A stretch of DNA of 64,000 nucleotides from an uncultured Candidatus Saccharibacteria bacterium (GTDB lineage: Bacteria; Patescibacteriota; Saccharimonadia; Saccharimonadales; JBBQAJ01). Under the pieces are notes generated by a model. That model had not been told where the DNA came from. It made no database searches and saw nothing but the letters and a program-made list of their open reading frames with translations. Shown piece after piece: positions 35,055-45,530 of the stretch (positions are counted from its first letter, which is position 1; each line of letters starts with the position of its first letter). Location of the stretch: contig CAZQHP010000001.1 in assembly GCA_964593805.1 (NCBI GenBank), positions 91 to 64,090 on the forward strand. Direction: 5' to 3'. A program made the position numbers and the translations under genes.

Positions 35055-37241
35055 TTATTTCAGCTTGGCGAGTTTTTGCAGAACTTTATGGACTTCGTCT
35101 ACGGAATTTACTCGATAGCGGGCTAGGGTTTTGCCCCTACCCACTTTTACGGTGTAGGCAAAATCTGGTAACGCGGCAAAAGTGTCTTCATCTGTATAGT
35201 CGTCTCCAAACGCCAGTACAAAATCGTGCTTTTTGTTTAGCCAATCTTGGGCTGCCACGCCTTTGTTGGCTTCTGGAGATTTAATTTCCAGAACTCCGTT
35301 GCCTCTGTACATGGCCAGCCCCATGGGTTTGAGCAGCGGCTGGAGCGTTCGGCGGAGAATAGTGATATTTTTTTGCGCGTAAAACTCTGGTGATGTGCGA
35401 TGATGCCACACCAGCGAACATTCTTTTTCCTCAACGAACGCTCCAGGTGTTTTGTGGGCGTATTTTTGCAAGACAGGCTGTATGAGCTTTTTCCAATTGG
35501 ACGGCACGTCAACAACTTTGCGCCACTTAGCACTGGTACTCGGGCGCATTAGAGCTCCGTGTTCGGCTGCCAAAGTTACTGGGATGTTGCCTAGCCAGTC
35601 GTCAAGATTTTGCCGGCTGCGGCCGCTGATAACCAGCACTCCGCCAGCTACTTTGCCTGCCAGCTCGCGCAGCAATTTCAGGGTGCCAGTAGACGGCTTT
35701 GCTTCGCTTGGCTTGTCCGCTAACCCTGTCAATACGCCGTCATAGTCAAGCAACAGCGTTGGGTGTTTGGCTCTAGCGAAGTCGCTTAGCATTTGGTCCA
35801 GCGTGGCGCCGGCCAGATGTTTGGTACGTTCTTGAAAATTTACGTTCGAAGATTGCAAAGAACTCATAAAGGCGCGTTTCCAATGATGAATCGTATTGGT
35901 CGCCAGCTGATGCCTCATGCCTTTCAATCGCTGCTGTAACTCTTTGGGGCGCATAGTCAGTGCTAGCGACAAGCCTTCTACCAGTGAGTTTGGGAGTTTT
36001 GGATTTACCAGTAGCGCGTCAGTAAGTTCCTGAGCCGCGCCGGCGGTTTCACTCAGTACAAGCACGCCAAGTTTGTCCGGCCGGCTAGCCACGTATTCTT
36101 TGGCAACCAAGTTCATGCCGTCTTTGATAGGTGCAATGAAAGCTACGTCTGCCACCCGGTACAGGGCGGCAAGTTCTTCAAATGGTACAGTCTGGTACAT
36201 GTAGTGAACTGGCTGCCAACGGCGCTTGCCATAGGTGTTGTTAATGTCTGCCACCAGTTTTTCCATGTGTTTTTTTAATTGCTTATAAACTTCAATTTCT
36301 GCTCGGGATGGCATGGCCAGCATGACCATTATCACCTTTTTATGCAGCCGTTTGTTGGCCCGCAAAAGTTCTTCGTACGCCTGCAAGCGCTCAACTAAAC
36401 CCTTGGTGGGGTCGAGCCTGTCGACTGTCAGAATTATTTTGCGCCGGCGGCCGTATTTTTTCCGATTGGCACGAATATGCTGCTGCACTACGGCAGACGT
36501 GCCGGCTCGTGAAAATTTGGTGTAATCAATGCCCAGGGGGAAATCTATAACTCGTACGTCTCTTTGGTCAAATAGTATTCCCTCGGCTGATGGTTTGCCC
36601 ACATGCAGTTTCTGGCAGCATTCCAGAAAATCTTGCACATAAGCGTCGGTGTGAAAACCAACTAAGTCAGAACCTAGCATGCCTTTCAGCAAGCTTTTTC
36701 CATGGGGTAGTTCTTTGAATACGTTGGCAGGCGGAAAAGGAGTGTGCAGGAAAAACCCTACCAGTTCATACGGCCGCTCGGCGCGCAGGATTTCTGGAAC
36801 CAGCAACAGTTGGTAGTCATGAACCCAGATGGTGCTTTCCGGTTCGCTCAGCCCCATGACTGTTTCTGCAAACAGCTGGTTGACTTGTTTGTAAACCGTC
36901 CAGTGGTGGTGCTGGTCGGTCAGCCCTACGGGCAAATTGTGAAAAAACGGCCACAAAATACCGTTGCTGTAGCCGTTGTAGTAACCATCAATCTGTTTCT
37001 GAGTCAAAAACACGGGGTAGCAGTTGTGCGTTTCCAGTTCTTTGCTGATGGCTTCCATGTCTTCATCCGTCAAATCATCGGACACAATCCCCGGCCAGCC
37101 AACCCATTTGTTCTTTTTATCTTCAGCGTAAGACGCCAGACCAGTAGCCAGCCCGCCCACGCTCGGGTAAAACTGAAGCCTGCCCCCAGCCTTTTTCACG
37201 CTGATAGGCAGCCTGTTAGAAACAATCGTCACCTGCGCCAT
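35055..37241 (-). CDS. otsA: Bifunctional trehalose-6-phosphate synthase / phosphatase (GT20 OtsA domain fused to HAD OtsB domain)
   Basis: N-terminus ..IVSNRLP.. with ..GFFLHTPFP.. (GT20). C-terminus ..LLLDYDGVL.. with ..[12 protein letters not shown].. (TPP). Confidence 0.88.
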   Translation of the reverse strand: MAQVTIVSNRLPISVKKAGGRLQFYPSVGGLATGLASYAEDKKNKWVGWPGIVSDDLTDEDMEAISKELETHNCYPVFLTQKQIDGYYNGYSNGILWPFFHNLPVGLTDQHHHWTVYKQVNQLFAETVMGLSEPESTIWVHDYQLLLVPEILRAERPYELVGFFLHTPFPPANVFKELPHGKSLLKGMLGSDLVGFHTDAYVQDFLECCQKLHVGKPSAEGILFDQRDVRVIDFPLGIDYTKFSRAGTSAVVQQHIRANRKKYGRRRKIILTVDRLDPTKGLVERLQAYEELLRANKRLHKKVIMVMLAMPSRAEIEVYKQLKKHMEKLVADINNTYGKRRWQPVHYMYQTVPFEELAALYRVADVAFIAPIKDGMNLVAKEYVASRPDKLGVLVLSETAGAAQELTDALLVNPKLPNSLVEGLSLALTMRPKELQQRLKGMRHQLATNTIHHWKRAFMSSLQSSNVNFQERTKHLAGATLDQMLSDFARAKHPTLLLDYDGVLTGLADKPSEAKPSTGTLKLLRELAGKVAGGVLVISGRSRQNLDDWLGNIPVTLAAEHGALMRPSTSAKWRKVVDVPSNWKKLIQPVLQKYAHKTPGAFVEEKECSLVWHHRTSPEFYAQKNITILRRTLQPLLKPMGLAMYRGNGVLEIKSPEANKGVAAQDWLNKKHDFVLAFGDDYTDEDTFAALPDFAYTVKVGRGKTLARYRVNSVDEVHKVLQKLAKLK

Positions 37242-37265
37242 GGATTATCTATTATGCGCCAGTTA

Positions 37266-37823
37266 TCAAATATATGCAGCAATCAGTAGCGAAAGGTCAA
37301 AAAGTAGAAAGTATGTCATCTGCACATAGAGATGTCGCTCTTTTGCTTTTGTAAAGGTCGCGAACACGGTAATTATTGTCATCTGGCAGGCCAATGCGAG
37401 CGCTACGAAAGCTCTTGCAATCACCGATAAGCCTGGAGATAGGAACAAAATGGTTAAAATTGGTACAAATAATAAGGATGCCCCATATGCGCAAAACGAA
37501 TGCACCGCTCCTTTCCATCCAGCTTTATCAGGAATAATCGCAGCCAATAAAAATCCAACGAAAGACAGACTTATGAGAACCTCATAAAGTATTGGCAGAT
37601 CAAATGTTGGTGCAATCCACTTAACTGCAAAAAGGTAAAATAGCGCAAAAACTACCGTCTCAACTAGCAGCATCATAATATAGGCTCCCTTATGAGCTGC
37701 TGCATGTCTGCTAATTGACATTGATTTATCGCCTCTCCAGTTGTAGAGAAGATAGGCAATAGATACCCATGCAAGTGCAAACGCAATAGGTCCGATAGTT
37801 TTATAAATTTCGGGCGGGTTCAC
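37266..37823 (-). CDS. Polytopic membrane protein, unknown function
   Basis: At least 5 hydrophobic segments. The GTG start overlaps the polA stop by 1 nt. The DNA looks AT-richer. Confidence 0.55.
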   Translation of the reverse strand: MNPPEIYKTIGPIAFALAWVSIAYLLYNWRGDKSMSISRHAAAHKGAYIMMLLVETVVFALFYLFAVKWIAPTFDLPILYEVLISLSFVGFLLAAIIPDKAGWKGAVHSFCAYGASLLFVPILTILFLSPGLSVIARAFVALALACQMTIITVFATFTKAKERHLYVQMTYFLLFDLSLLIAAYI

Positions 37824-40534
37824 TACAATTCGCCCCAGTTTTTGCCGGTGGTGGCGTCTACGGTTAGCTTTACAGGGAGTTTGTGGACGTTTTCCATGGT
37901 GTCTTTGAGTAGTTTGGCGGTCGCTTCGGCTTCTTTTTCATCACATTCTACAATTAGGGAGTCATGAATTTGCAGCAGAATGCGAGCTTCTCCCGCAGGA
38001 GCAGGAAGTAAGGAGTAGGAAGAAGGGTGGGCTGTATTTTTGCCTTGCTCCTTGCTCCTTGCTCCTTGCTCCGCAAAAGCATCTAGCTTTTGCTGGACGT
38101 GAACCATGGCTAGTTTCATGATGTCGGCCGCTGTTCCCTGGAACGGCACGTTTACGGCGGCCCGTATAGCGGATTCTCGTACGACGAAGTTGCTGGAGTG
38201 CACGTCTGGCGTGGGGCGGCGTCGGCCAAACAGCGTTTCCACGTAGCCGTCTTTGCGCGCCTGCTCTTTGACGGATTCTATGTAGCCCAACAGTTTAGGA
38301 CGGACTTCAAAGTATTTGTCTATAAAGTGCTTGGCTTGTTCGTATGTCATGCCGGTAGCGGCTACCAAACCGTGCGTGCTTAGGCCGTACATGACACCAA
38401 AATTCACTACTTTGGCATCGCGGCGCATATTTTTGGTCACGTCTTGCTCTTCTCTGTCATAAATCAGCGCCGCGGTGGCAGTATGGACGTCTACGTCGCG
38501 GTTAAACATGTCTATCAGGTTGTCGTCTCCGCACAAATAAGCCGCCAGGCGCAGTTCAAACTGGCTGTAGTCGGCGCTAACCAGCATTTTGCCCGGTCCG
38601 GCTACAAAAGCCGTACGGATTTGCCGGCCCAGATCTGTTTTGACAGGAATGTTTTGGAGGTTCGGGTCATTGGAACTCAGCCGGCCAGTTTGGGCTACTG
38701 TGAGCGCAAAGGTGGTATGGACGCGGGAGTTTTCGTCTACCATAGTCGGCAAAGTATCTACGTAGGTGTTTTTGAGCTTGGTGACTTCGCGGTACTGAGT
38801 TATGAAATCAATAATTGGGTGCGCTTCCCGCAGTTTGACCAGTTCGCTGGCGGCGGTTGAATAACCGGTTTTGCCTTTTTTGATATTGGCAGTAGGCAAA
38901 TTTAGTTTGTTGAACAATATATCTGCCAGCTGGGCTGGAGAGGCTATGTTAAACTCTTGGTCGGCGTAGCCGTAAATTTGTTGTTCAAGGTCGGAAACGG
39001 CGTCATTTAACTGTTCTGCCATGAGCCCTAGGTAGTTGGTATCCAGCTGTATGCCTTCGTATTCCATGCGCGCCAGCACGGGGATAACTGGAAATTCAAT
39101 GTCTTTGGCCAGCTTGGCAACTTTTGGCATACCAGCCAGATCTTTCGCTTGCTCCTTATGTAACATGGCGATTAAACCGATAATTTCTGATCCTCTTGCC
39201 GCGTATTCTTCGGTACTTAAATCTTCTATTGAACCCTCGAAACCAATGTCTTCAGCAGCGAGAGTTTGCAAAGAAACTTCTCTACGCAAGCTATTTATAA
39301 GGAAAGCGCCAACCATCACATCGTGCTCCACGTGCGGCAGCTTTATGCCCAGTCCAATCAGTACTTTCAAGGTGTTCTTTATGTCGTAGCCAATAACAGA
39401 GTTAAGGGTTGAGAGCAGAGGGTTGAGAGCTTTAGCCGATACCTTTGAAAGATCAATAGCGTATGTTTTCTTTCCATCCTTGCTTACAAGTAATATCAGA
39501 GGATTTTGACCGTGTTTACCAGCGGAGCGGCTGTCTATAAAAATGTTTTTTGCGTCTTTAAGATCAAGTTTTGCCAAATCAGCATCGCTGCTAATCAAAC
39601 TGCTGGCGCTGCCATTGTGCTCAAATACATTTCGTTCTTTATGTTGCTCTTGCAGCTGCATTATATCCGGCAGTTGGCGGACTAGGCTGCGGAATTCCAG
39701 TTTTTGCAAAATGTCACGGATGCGTTCGGGGTGGGCTTTGGTGCCGTCTACTTCTTTCAGGTTCAGTTTTATGGGCGCATCTGTCCATATGCTGGCCAGT
39801 TTTTTACTCAGGTACGCCATGTCTTTGCCAGCTTCTAATTTTTTGCGAGTAGTTTCTTTTATCAGCACCAGATTTTCATACACTTTGTCTAGTGTGCCGT
39901 ACGCTTTAAGCAATTCAATCGCACCCTTTTCGCCTATTCCAGGCACCCCAGGGATGTTGTCTGAACTATCGCCTTTTAGCGCTTTTAGATCCAGAAACTG
40001 TGAAGCGTTTATGCCGTATTTGGCCTCAAAACTTTCCGGATGAAACAGTTCTATGTTGCTGAGTCCTTTTTTAAGTGCATATACGCTCACGTGCCAGTCA
40101 ACCATCTGCAACATATCTAAATCAGACGTTACGAGCATGGTCTCAATGTCTTTTGAGGTTGCTTGTATAGCAAGAGTCCCCATAATGTCATCGGCCTCAT
40201 AATCATCCAGCTCATATAAAGGCCAGCCAAAAGCATCTAACAGGTCATGAAGTATAGGAATTTGTTCATAAAAATCTGGCGGCGGCGGTTTGCGCCCGGC
40301 TTTGTACTCAGGGTACAGTTCCAAGCGTTTGCGAATGTTGGTTTTGGGCTTGTCCCACGCCACGCAGACATAATCCGGCTTGAGACGTTTTATAACTTCT
40401 AGCGCCATAGTGGCAAAACCAAACACGCCGCCAGTGGGTGTACCGTCTTTGGTACTCAGATTTGGCATGGCATAGTAACCACGGTAAAAGACTGACTTGC
40501 CATCAATAATCGCTAGTTTTTTGCGCTCCGCCAT
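37823..40534 (-). CDS. polA: DNA polymerase I
   Basis: 5' nuclease domain (..DNIPGVPGIGEKGA..), a 3'-5' exo-like region, and polymerase motifs ..DYSQFELR.., ..RRDAKVVNFG..YG.., ..QIHDSLIVE.. Confidence 0.95.
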   Translation of the reverse strand: MAERKKLAIIDGKSVFYRGYYAMPNLSTKDGTPTGGVFGFATMALEVIKRLKPDYVCVAWDKPKTNIRKRLELYPEYKAGRKPPPPDFYEQIPILHDLLDAFGWPLYELDDYEADDIMGTLAIQATSKDIETMLVTSDLDMLQMVDWHVSVYALKKGLSNIELFHPESFEAKYGINASQFLDLKALKGDSSDNIPGVPGIGEKGAIELLKAYGTLDKVYENLVLIKETTRKKLEAGKDMAYLSKKLASIWTDAPIKLNLKEVDGTKAHPERIRDILQKLEFRSLVRQLPDIMQLQEQHKERNVFEHNGSASSLISSDADLAKLDLKDAKNIFIDSRSAGKHGQNPLILLVSKDGKKTYAIDLSKVSAKALNPLLSTLNSVIGYDIKNTLKVLIGLGIKLPHVEHDVMVGAFLINSLRREVSLQTLAAEDIGFEGSIEDLSTEEYAARGSEIIGLIAMLHKEQAKDLAGMPKVAKLAKDIEFPVIPVLARMEYEGIQLDTNYLGLMAEQLNDAVSDLEQQIYGYADQEFNIASPAQLADILFNKLNLPTANIKKGKTGYSTAASELVKLREAHPIIDFITQYREVTKLKNTYVDTLPTMVDENSRVHTTFALTVAQTGRLSSNDPNLQNIPVKTDLGRQIRTAFVAGPGKMLVSADYSQFELRLAAYLCGDDNLIDMFNRDVDVHTATAALIYDREEQDVTKNMRRDAKVVNFGVMYGLSTHGLVAATGMTYEQAKHFIDKYFEVRPKLLGYIESVKEQARKDGYVETLFGRRRPTPDVHSSNFVVRESAIRAAVNVPFQGTAADIMKLAMVHVQQKLDAFAEQGARSKEQGKNTAHPSSYSLLPAPAGEARILLQIHDSLIVECDEKEAEATAKLLKDTMENVHKLPVKLTVDATTGKNWGEL
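37994..38070. repeat. 7-nt-periodic tract inside polA ending in (CCTTGCT) x4
   Basis: ..gcaggaa gtaagga gtaggaa gaagggt .. ccttgct ccttgct ccttgct ccttgct. It encodes ..EQGARSKEQGKNTAHPSSYSLLPAPAGEA.. just upstream of polymerase motif C. Confidence 0.85.
39405..39432. repeat. 14-nt (2x7) direct repeat inside polA
   Basis: agggttgagagca gagggttgagagct. It encodes ..KALNPLLSTLNS.. Confidence 0.8.
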
Positions 40535-40603
40535 CGTAGTTATAGTATACGCTGACAGATGCCAAAACGAATAAGTCGCTAGCGCTTTCTAAAATGCTAC
40601 ACT

Positions 40604-41266
40604 ATGACTATGAAACATCGTCCGATTAGCGAAGCTGAGATATTTCAAGCGCTGTTTGCGCTGCTTGGCGCAGTCAGCTTGCAGATTTTGACCACTCGCT
40701 TTGGCGCAAATGTTGTTCCGGGAGCACATTATTTCATCGTGTTCGCAGAATTGGTGCTAGCCGCACTGCTGGCGTTTAGTATCAACCTCCGTCGAGCTCG
40801 TATCTGGGGGCTACATCATGTTTTTGCCGTGGGGCTGCTGGGTTTGATTTCAATCGCCAATGTCAGTGGTTTGGTATTTGTGCTCAATTCCCTAATCGTG
40901 GGGCATGGCACGCTGGTCGGCGAGCAACTGCTAGCCTCTGCTATCACCATATTTTTGACCAACATCATCGTTTTCGCGCTCTGGTACTGGGAAATTGACA
41001 GTCCAGGGCTTACGAATGCCCGTTGGTCAAAGAACGAAAAAGATTTCCAGTTTACACAGCAGGATTTGTCACGTGAGTTTCCAAATTGGCAGCCACAGTT
41101 TGGCGACTATCTGTACCTGTCGGTGACGAACGCCGTAAATTTTGCCCCAGCCGATTCACGACCCATAACCCTTCAAGCCAAGATGCTCATGTCACTCCAG
41201 GCTTTAATTTCCGTTTTTACGCTGGCACTGCTGATCGCCCGTTCAGTCAGCATCCTCGGTTCCTAA
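40604..41266 (+). CDS. Polytopic membrane protein (DUF1345-like)
   Basis: Several TM segments. C-terminal ..DYLYLSVTNAVNFAPADSRP.. resembles the DUF1345 signature. The start may be the ATG at 40610. Confidence 0.45.
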   Translation: MTMKHRPISEAEIFQALFALLGAVSLQILTTRFGANVVPGAHYFIVFAELVLAALLAFSINLRRARIWGLHHVFAVGLLGLISIANVSGLVFVLNSLIVGHGTLVGEQLLASAITIFLTNIIVFALWYWEIDSPGLTNARWSKNEKDFQFTQQDLSREFPNWQPQFGDYLYLSVTNAVNFAPADSRPITLQAKMLMSLQALISVFTLALLIARSVSILGS

Positions 41267-41814
41267 GTTAGTGCTGTTTCGAGCTTCCGTATAAATTCAG
41301 CTTTACTACCGTCGTTTATTATTACAATGTCTGCAATTGATTCAATGGCACTTATATCAAAGGCTGGGTCGGCACCGCCGTTCTCTACTTCTTCCCGCTT
41401 TTTGAAATCTTCAAAACTCAAGTCACCTTCCTCGGCCCTGGCTCTGCCCCGCAGTCGCTTAAAGCGCATCTGCTCCGGCGCATCAGAGAAGATAATCGTA
41501 CCACCTTTGTCTTTCACGGCCTGTGCTTCGGCAATAGCCCGGAAACCGCTAATTACCAAACCGCTGTATTGGTCTTTTACCTTTTCAAACCGCTCCATAG
41601 CCATGTGGCTCAAGGCATCGTGGCCGCGGTTGGCACGGATTTCATTGGCTGTCTTGTACAGAACCGGCCGTTCTATAGAACCATATTTTTTCATGGCCTC
41701 TTCGCGCACAATGTCGCTGGTTGAGATATGACAAAAGCCCTTTTCATCAACTAAGTACTGCGCCACAGTGTCTTTACCGCTGGCGTGTGTTCCTGCCAAC
41801 CCTACAATTTTCAT
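41263..41814 (-). CDS. P-loop nucleotide/nucleoside kinase-like protein (dephospho-CoA kinase / dNMP kinase-like)
   Basis: MKIVGLAGTHASGKDTVAQYL P-loop. Small size (183 aa). Confidence 0.6.
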   Translation of the reverse strand: MKIVGLAGTHASGKDTVAQYLVDEKGFCHISTSDIVREEAMKKYGSIERPVLYKTANEIRANRGHDALSHMAMERFEKVKDQYSGLVISGFRAIAEAQAVKDKGGTIIFSDAPEQMRFKRLRGRARAEEGDLSFEDFKKREEVENGGADPAFDISAIESIADIVIINDGSKAEFIRKLETALT

Positions 41815-41841
41815 AGGCTCATTGTATCCTAGCTTCTGGAT

Positions 41842-42963
41842 TTACTTAATGTAATCGTGGAGTTTGCGGGCGTCTTTGTGTTTGCGCAGTTTGGCGAGAG
41901 CTTTAGCTTCTATCTGACGAATGCGCTCGCGGGTAACGCTAAATTCTTGGCCTACTTCTTCCAGAGTGTGGCTTTTGCCATCTTCTAGCCCGAAACGCAG
42001 TTTCAAAATCTTTTGTTCACGCTCGGTCAGCGCCCCCAGCATGTCTTTGACGTGCTCTTTAAGCAACTGGTTGGTAGCTGATTCTTCGGGCGAGATGGTG
42101 TCTTCGTCTTCAATGAAATCTGCCAGTACGCTGTCTTCTTCGTCATCCCGGACTGAGGCATCGAGAGATGAGATATCTTGTTTGATTTTCATAATGTGCT
42201 CGACTTTTTCAACGTCAATCTCCATTTCTTTGGCGATTTCTTCGTTGGTAGGTTCGCGGTTGAGTTCCTGGGTCAGACGGCGCTGGGTACGCAGCAGTTT
42301 GTTTATAGTTTCTACCATGTGGACTGGGATGCGGATGGTGCGCGCCTGGTCGGCAATCGCGCGGGTTATGGCCTGGCGAATCCACCAAGTTGCGTAGGTG
42401 CTGAATTTGAAACCTTTGTCTGGGTCGAATTTCTCAACTGCGCGGAGCAAACCGGTGTTGCCTTCTTGGATGAGGTCCAAAAGGTCTAGGCCGCGGCCTA
42501 CGTAACGCTTGGCAATGCTCACCACCAGGCGCATGTTGGCTTCGGCCATCTTATCTTTGGCGCCTTTGTCGCCAGCCACCACTTGGTTGGCCAGCGCCAG
42601 TTCTTCTGGCGCGGTTAGAAGCGGGATTTTGCCGATTTCACGCAAATACAGCCGCACTGAGTCGTCTGCGATGTCGTCCATATAGACCTTTTCGTCTATC
42701 ACAATTTCTTCGTCGTCATCCGCTGTCCAGGCGTCGCCGGTGGCAGTGGCTGGCTCTACGCCAGTAATGATAATGCTGGCGTCGGCCAGTTCGGTGTATA
42801 GCTGGTCCAAAATATCCACGTGTTCCGGGGTATCGGGGATTGCTTTAAATATTTCTTGCTGGGAAATTTTGCCGTCTTTTTTGGCTTTTTCTACCAAATC
42901 GGCTTTGGCAGTGGCCAAAATGGGGTCAATACTATCATCCGCTACGGGTGCTTCATCTGCCAT
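41842..42963 (-). CDS. rpoD: Primary RNA polymerase sigma factor (sigma-70 / RpoD family)
   Basis: Region 2 ..[36 protein letters not shown].., region 3, and region 4 ..[24 protein letters not shown].. Confidence 0.95.
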   Translation of the reverse strand: MADEAPVADDSIDPILATAKADLVEKAKKDGKISQQEIFKAIPDTPEHVDILDQLYTELADASIIITGVEPATATGDAWTADDDEEIVIDEKVYMDDIADDSVRLYLREIGKIPLLTAPEELALANQVVAGDKGAKDKMAEANMRLVVSIAKRYVGRGLDLLDLIQEGNTGLLRAVEKFDPDKGFKFSTYATWWIRQAITRAIADQARTIRIPVHMVETINKLLRTQRRLTQELNREPTNEEIAKEMEIDVEKVEHIMKIKQDISSLDASVRDDEEDSVLADFIEDEDTISPEESATNQLLKEHVKDMLGALTEREQKILKLRFGLEDGKSHTLEEVGQEFSVTRERIRQIEAKALAKLRKHKDARKLHDYIK

Positions 42964-44718
42964 CTAATAGGTCTCCTGACTGGTGTTTAGTAAACTATCG
43001 AGTGCTTTGGCGCGAGCAAGTAATTTCTGTGACGTTGATTCGTCGGCGTCTTGCAGGGCTTCGGCTATTTGTACTTTTTTGGTTTTAACAAACATATCGA
43101 TAAGGCGGATCCGGAGCCGGTTGGCCGTATAACGTGCCTCGTGCTCATCGAGATCAATAAATAACGCCTCGTATTGTAGTGCTACTATTTTAACATAGTC
43201 TGCGATGTCCTGCAACAGAGGTGCGTTGGAAAGGTTTCCGTCAAACTCCGGATGAGCTTGCAGGTACTCAAGCAGTTTGCGGGCAGTCTCTTGCGGTAGC
43301 ATTTCCGGGTCCAGCAGCTCCAACTGGTCGCGCAGATCGGGACGCATAAGCGCTAAAGACAACAAATGATCTTGGGTTTTGGCCCACTCCAATTGCATTT
43401 GGTCAGTTTGAACACTTCTTGTACCCGATTTCTTTTTCAGGCGCTTAGGGTTTTCGTCTATCGCAAACTTGGTGTCCAGCGCTTCAACTCTGATCCCTGT
43501 AATTTTAGCAATTTCCTGCAAGTAGTGGTCTTGTTCTACGGCATCGTTCAGGCCCCTGATAGTTGGTAGCAATACGTCGCTGAAACGCCGTTTGCCCTGC
43601 CCAGTATCCAGGTCCAGCTGTTTCTGATAGCGTTCAATCAGCCAATCTAGTGCGTACTGGTGTTTGGTGATAGCTTGTTCCCAGAGTTTTGGGTCGTTTT
43701 TGATTAGGTCGTCCGGGTCTTTGCCTTCTGGGATGCTAATAATGCTAAGCGAAACATTTACGCGGCTAGCGATTGGTATGGCCCGTTCGGTGGCTGCCAG
43801 TCCGGCTTTGTCGGCATCAAACGCCAGCCGGATATCGCCGGCAAAACGGCCGATTGTCTTTAGATGCGGTTCAGTCAGCGCGGTGCCGGCCGTTGCTGCC
43901 ACATTTGTTACGCCCGCCTGATGGCTGGCAATTACGTCTAAATTGCCCTCTACCAGCACCGCAAAACCTTGGCGTCGTATAGCATCTTTTGCCAAATGCA
44001 GGCCGTAGACGTGCCGGGATTTGTCGTACAGCAGTGTAGCCGGCGTATTGATGTATTTGGGAGCGTTTGGATCTGAGTCTAACTGCCGAGCCGTAAAGCC
44101 TATCACCGCCCCTCTAGTATCTTGCAGCGGAATCATCAGCCTGCCACGAAACATGTCACCCAGACCTTTATAGCGCCGCGCCGACAGCCCTGCTTTTTGA
44201 ATTTCTTCATCTGTAAAACCGTGCTTTTTAAGAAAATCTACCAGTGCCGTACCGTTATTTGGAGCGTACCCCAGTCGAAACAGCAGTGCAGTGTCTTTTG
44301 AAAACTTCCGATCTTTCAACACATAATCCAACGCTTGTTTGTGCTTGCTAAACTGTACTTGATAAAACTTGGCGGCAAGTTCCAATGCCTCATACAGACA
44401 TTCTTTTAGTTTTGTATTGCTGCCGCTTCTGCTGCCGAATTGATCCAAGTCGACGCCGGCTTTTCGAGCCAAAAGTTCCAAAGCACCCCTGAAATCAAGC
44501 CCTTCCATCTCCATAACAAAGCTAAACACATTGCCGCCTTTCCCGCTGCTAAAATCGTGCCAGATTTGTTTTTCCGGGCTAACCATAAAACTGGGTGTTT
44601 TTTCGTCACCAAACGGGCTAAGCCCCTTGAAATTCCGCCCAGCGCGCTTAAGCTGGACATATTCGCCAATAACATCCTCTATACTGAGTCTAGATTTAAC
44701 TTCCTCCACAGCATCCAT
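42964..44718 (-). CDS. dnaG: DNA primase
   Basis: Zinc-binding-region context ..GLSPFGDEKTPSFMVSPEKQIWHDFSSGKGGNVFSF.. and TOPRIM ..VLVEGNLDVI... Its stop abuts the rpoD start. Confidence 0.93.
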   Translation of the reverse strand: MDAVEEVKSRLSIEDVIGEYVQLKRAGRNFKGLSPFGDEKTPSFMVSPEKQIWHDFSSGKGGNVFSFVMEMEGLDFRGALELLARKAGVDLDQFGSRSGSNTKLKECLYEALELAAKFYQVQFSKHKQALDYVLKDRKFSKDTALLFRLGYAPNNGTALVDFLKKHGFTDEEIQKAGLSARRYKGLGDMFRGRLMIPLQDTRGAVIGFTARQLDSDPNAPKYINTPATLLYDKSRHVYGLHLAKDAIRRQGFAVLVEGNLDVIASHQAGVTNVAATAGTALTEPHLKTIGRFAGDIRLAFDADKAGLAATERAIPIASRVNVSLSIISIPEGKDPDDLIKNDPKLWEQAITKHQYALDWLIERYQKQLDLDTGQGKRRFSDVLLPTIRGLNDAVEQDHYLQEIAKITGIRVEALDTKFAIDENPKRLKKKSGTRSVQTDQMQLEWAKTQDHLLSLALMRPDLRDQLELLDPEMLPQETARKLLEYLQAHPEFDGNLSNAPLLQDIADYVKIVALQYEALFIDLDEHEARYTANRLRIRLIDMFVKTKKVQIAEALQDADESTSQKLLARAKALDSLLNTSQETY

Positions 44719-44724
44719 ATAACT

Positions 44725-44803
44725 AGCGTACAGCTTTTAGCTGACAGCGTACAGCATAAGAAGTTAGAACTAACCGCTACAAGCTAACTGCTGACAGCTG
44801 GTA
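44725..44803. repeat. Degenerate 7-nt-periodic tract (AGCGTAC/AGCTGAC/CCGCTAC-type units) filling the dnaG-divergent intergenic region
   Basis: agcgtac agctttt agctgac agcgtac agcataa gaagtta gaactaa ccgctac aagctaa ctgctga cagctgg. It ends at a TACAAT box. Confidence 0.8.
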
Positions 44804-44814
44804 CAATAATGCTT

Positions 44815-45519
44815 ATGCCAAGCGACAAACTTTCTGGACTTCTACTGCACAAAGATCCGTCTGATAGTGCTGACAATGCCAATGAGCTTCCGGCAGCGCC
44901 TCCCGCGCCACCGCCGCTTCAGCGCGTAACGGCTCAGCACAACCCTTACGATTTTATTACCAACCCCGGGGCTCCCGCGAAGAAAAAGCTGCTGCCTGGC
45001 GGTAATTCAAAGACCGGCCGGTTACTTTTGGCGGCCGCGGCTGGCGTGGTACTGATTGTGCTGGCTTTGGTCGTTATGGCGGTCCTAAACAGCGGAAGTT
45101 CCGCACTCAAAACAGATTACGCGAACCTTGCTCAGCAGCAAGCAGAATTAATACGTGTTAGCGGTGTTGGCGCCACCAAAGCCCGCCAGGCGGAAGCTAA
45201 AAACCTGGCAATCACCACGCAGTACACGCTTACTTCACAGCAGCCTGGTATTTTATCGCTTGCCAAAAAAGCCGGCGCCTCTACAGATGCTAAAACGCTG
45301 ACGCTCGGCAAAGATGCTCAGACAGATGCCGCGCTCACCAGCGCCGACCAAGCCAATCAATTCGACGAAGTTTTTACCAAAACTCTGCGGGAAGGCCTGC
45401 AAAAATACCAGCAAGCGCTTAAGAAAATTTACGACGCCACAAGTAGTAGCTCTACCAGAGACACCCTATCCAAAGATTACAATGCCATAGATGCCCTTCT
45501 GGGCAATAAAGTGGAATAG
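44815..45519 (+). CDS. Membrane-anchored hypothetical protein
   Basis: TM segment LLLAAAAGVVLIVLALVVMAV. The ATG at 44815 lies 7 nt after TACAAT (44802-44807). The ORF-track ATG at 44809 is too close to the -10 box. Confidence 0.55.
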   Translation: MPSDKLSGLLLHKDPSDSADNANELPAAPPAPPPLQRVTAQHNPYDFITNPGAPAKKKLLPGGNSKTGRLLLAAAAGVVLIVLALVVMAVLNSGSSALKTDYANLAQQQAELIRVSGVGATKARQAEAKNLAITTQYTLTSQQPGILSLAKKAGASTDAKTLTLGKDAQTDAALTSADQANQFDEVFTKTLREGLQKYQQALKKIYDATSSSSTRDTLSKDYNAIDALLGNKVE

Positions 45520-45530
45520 AACCTCTTAGC

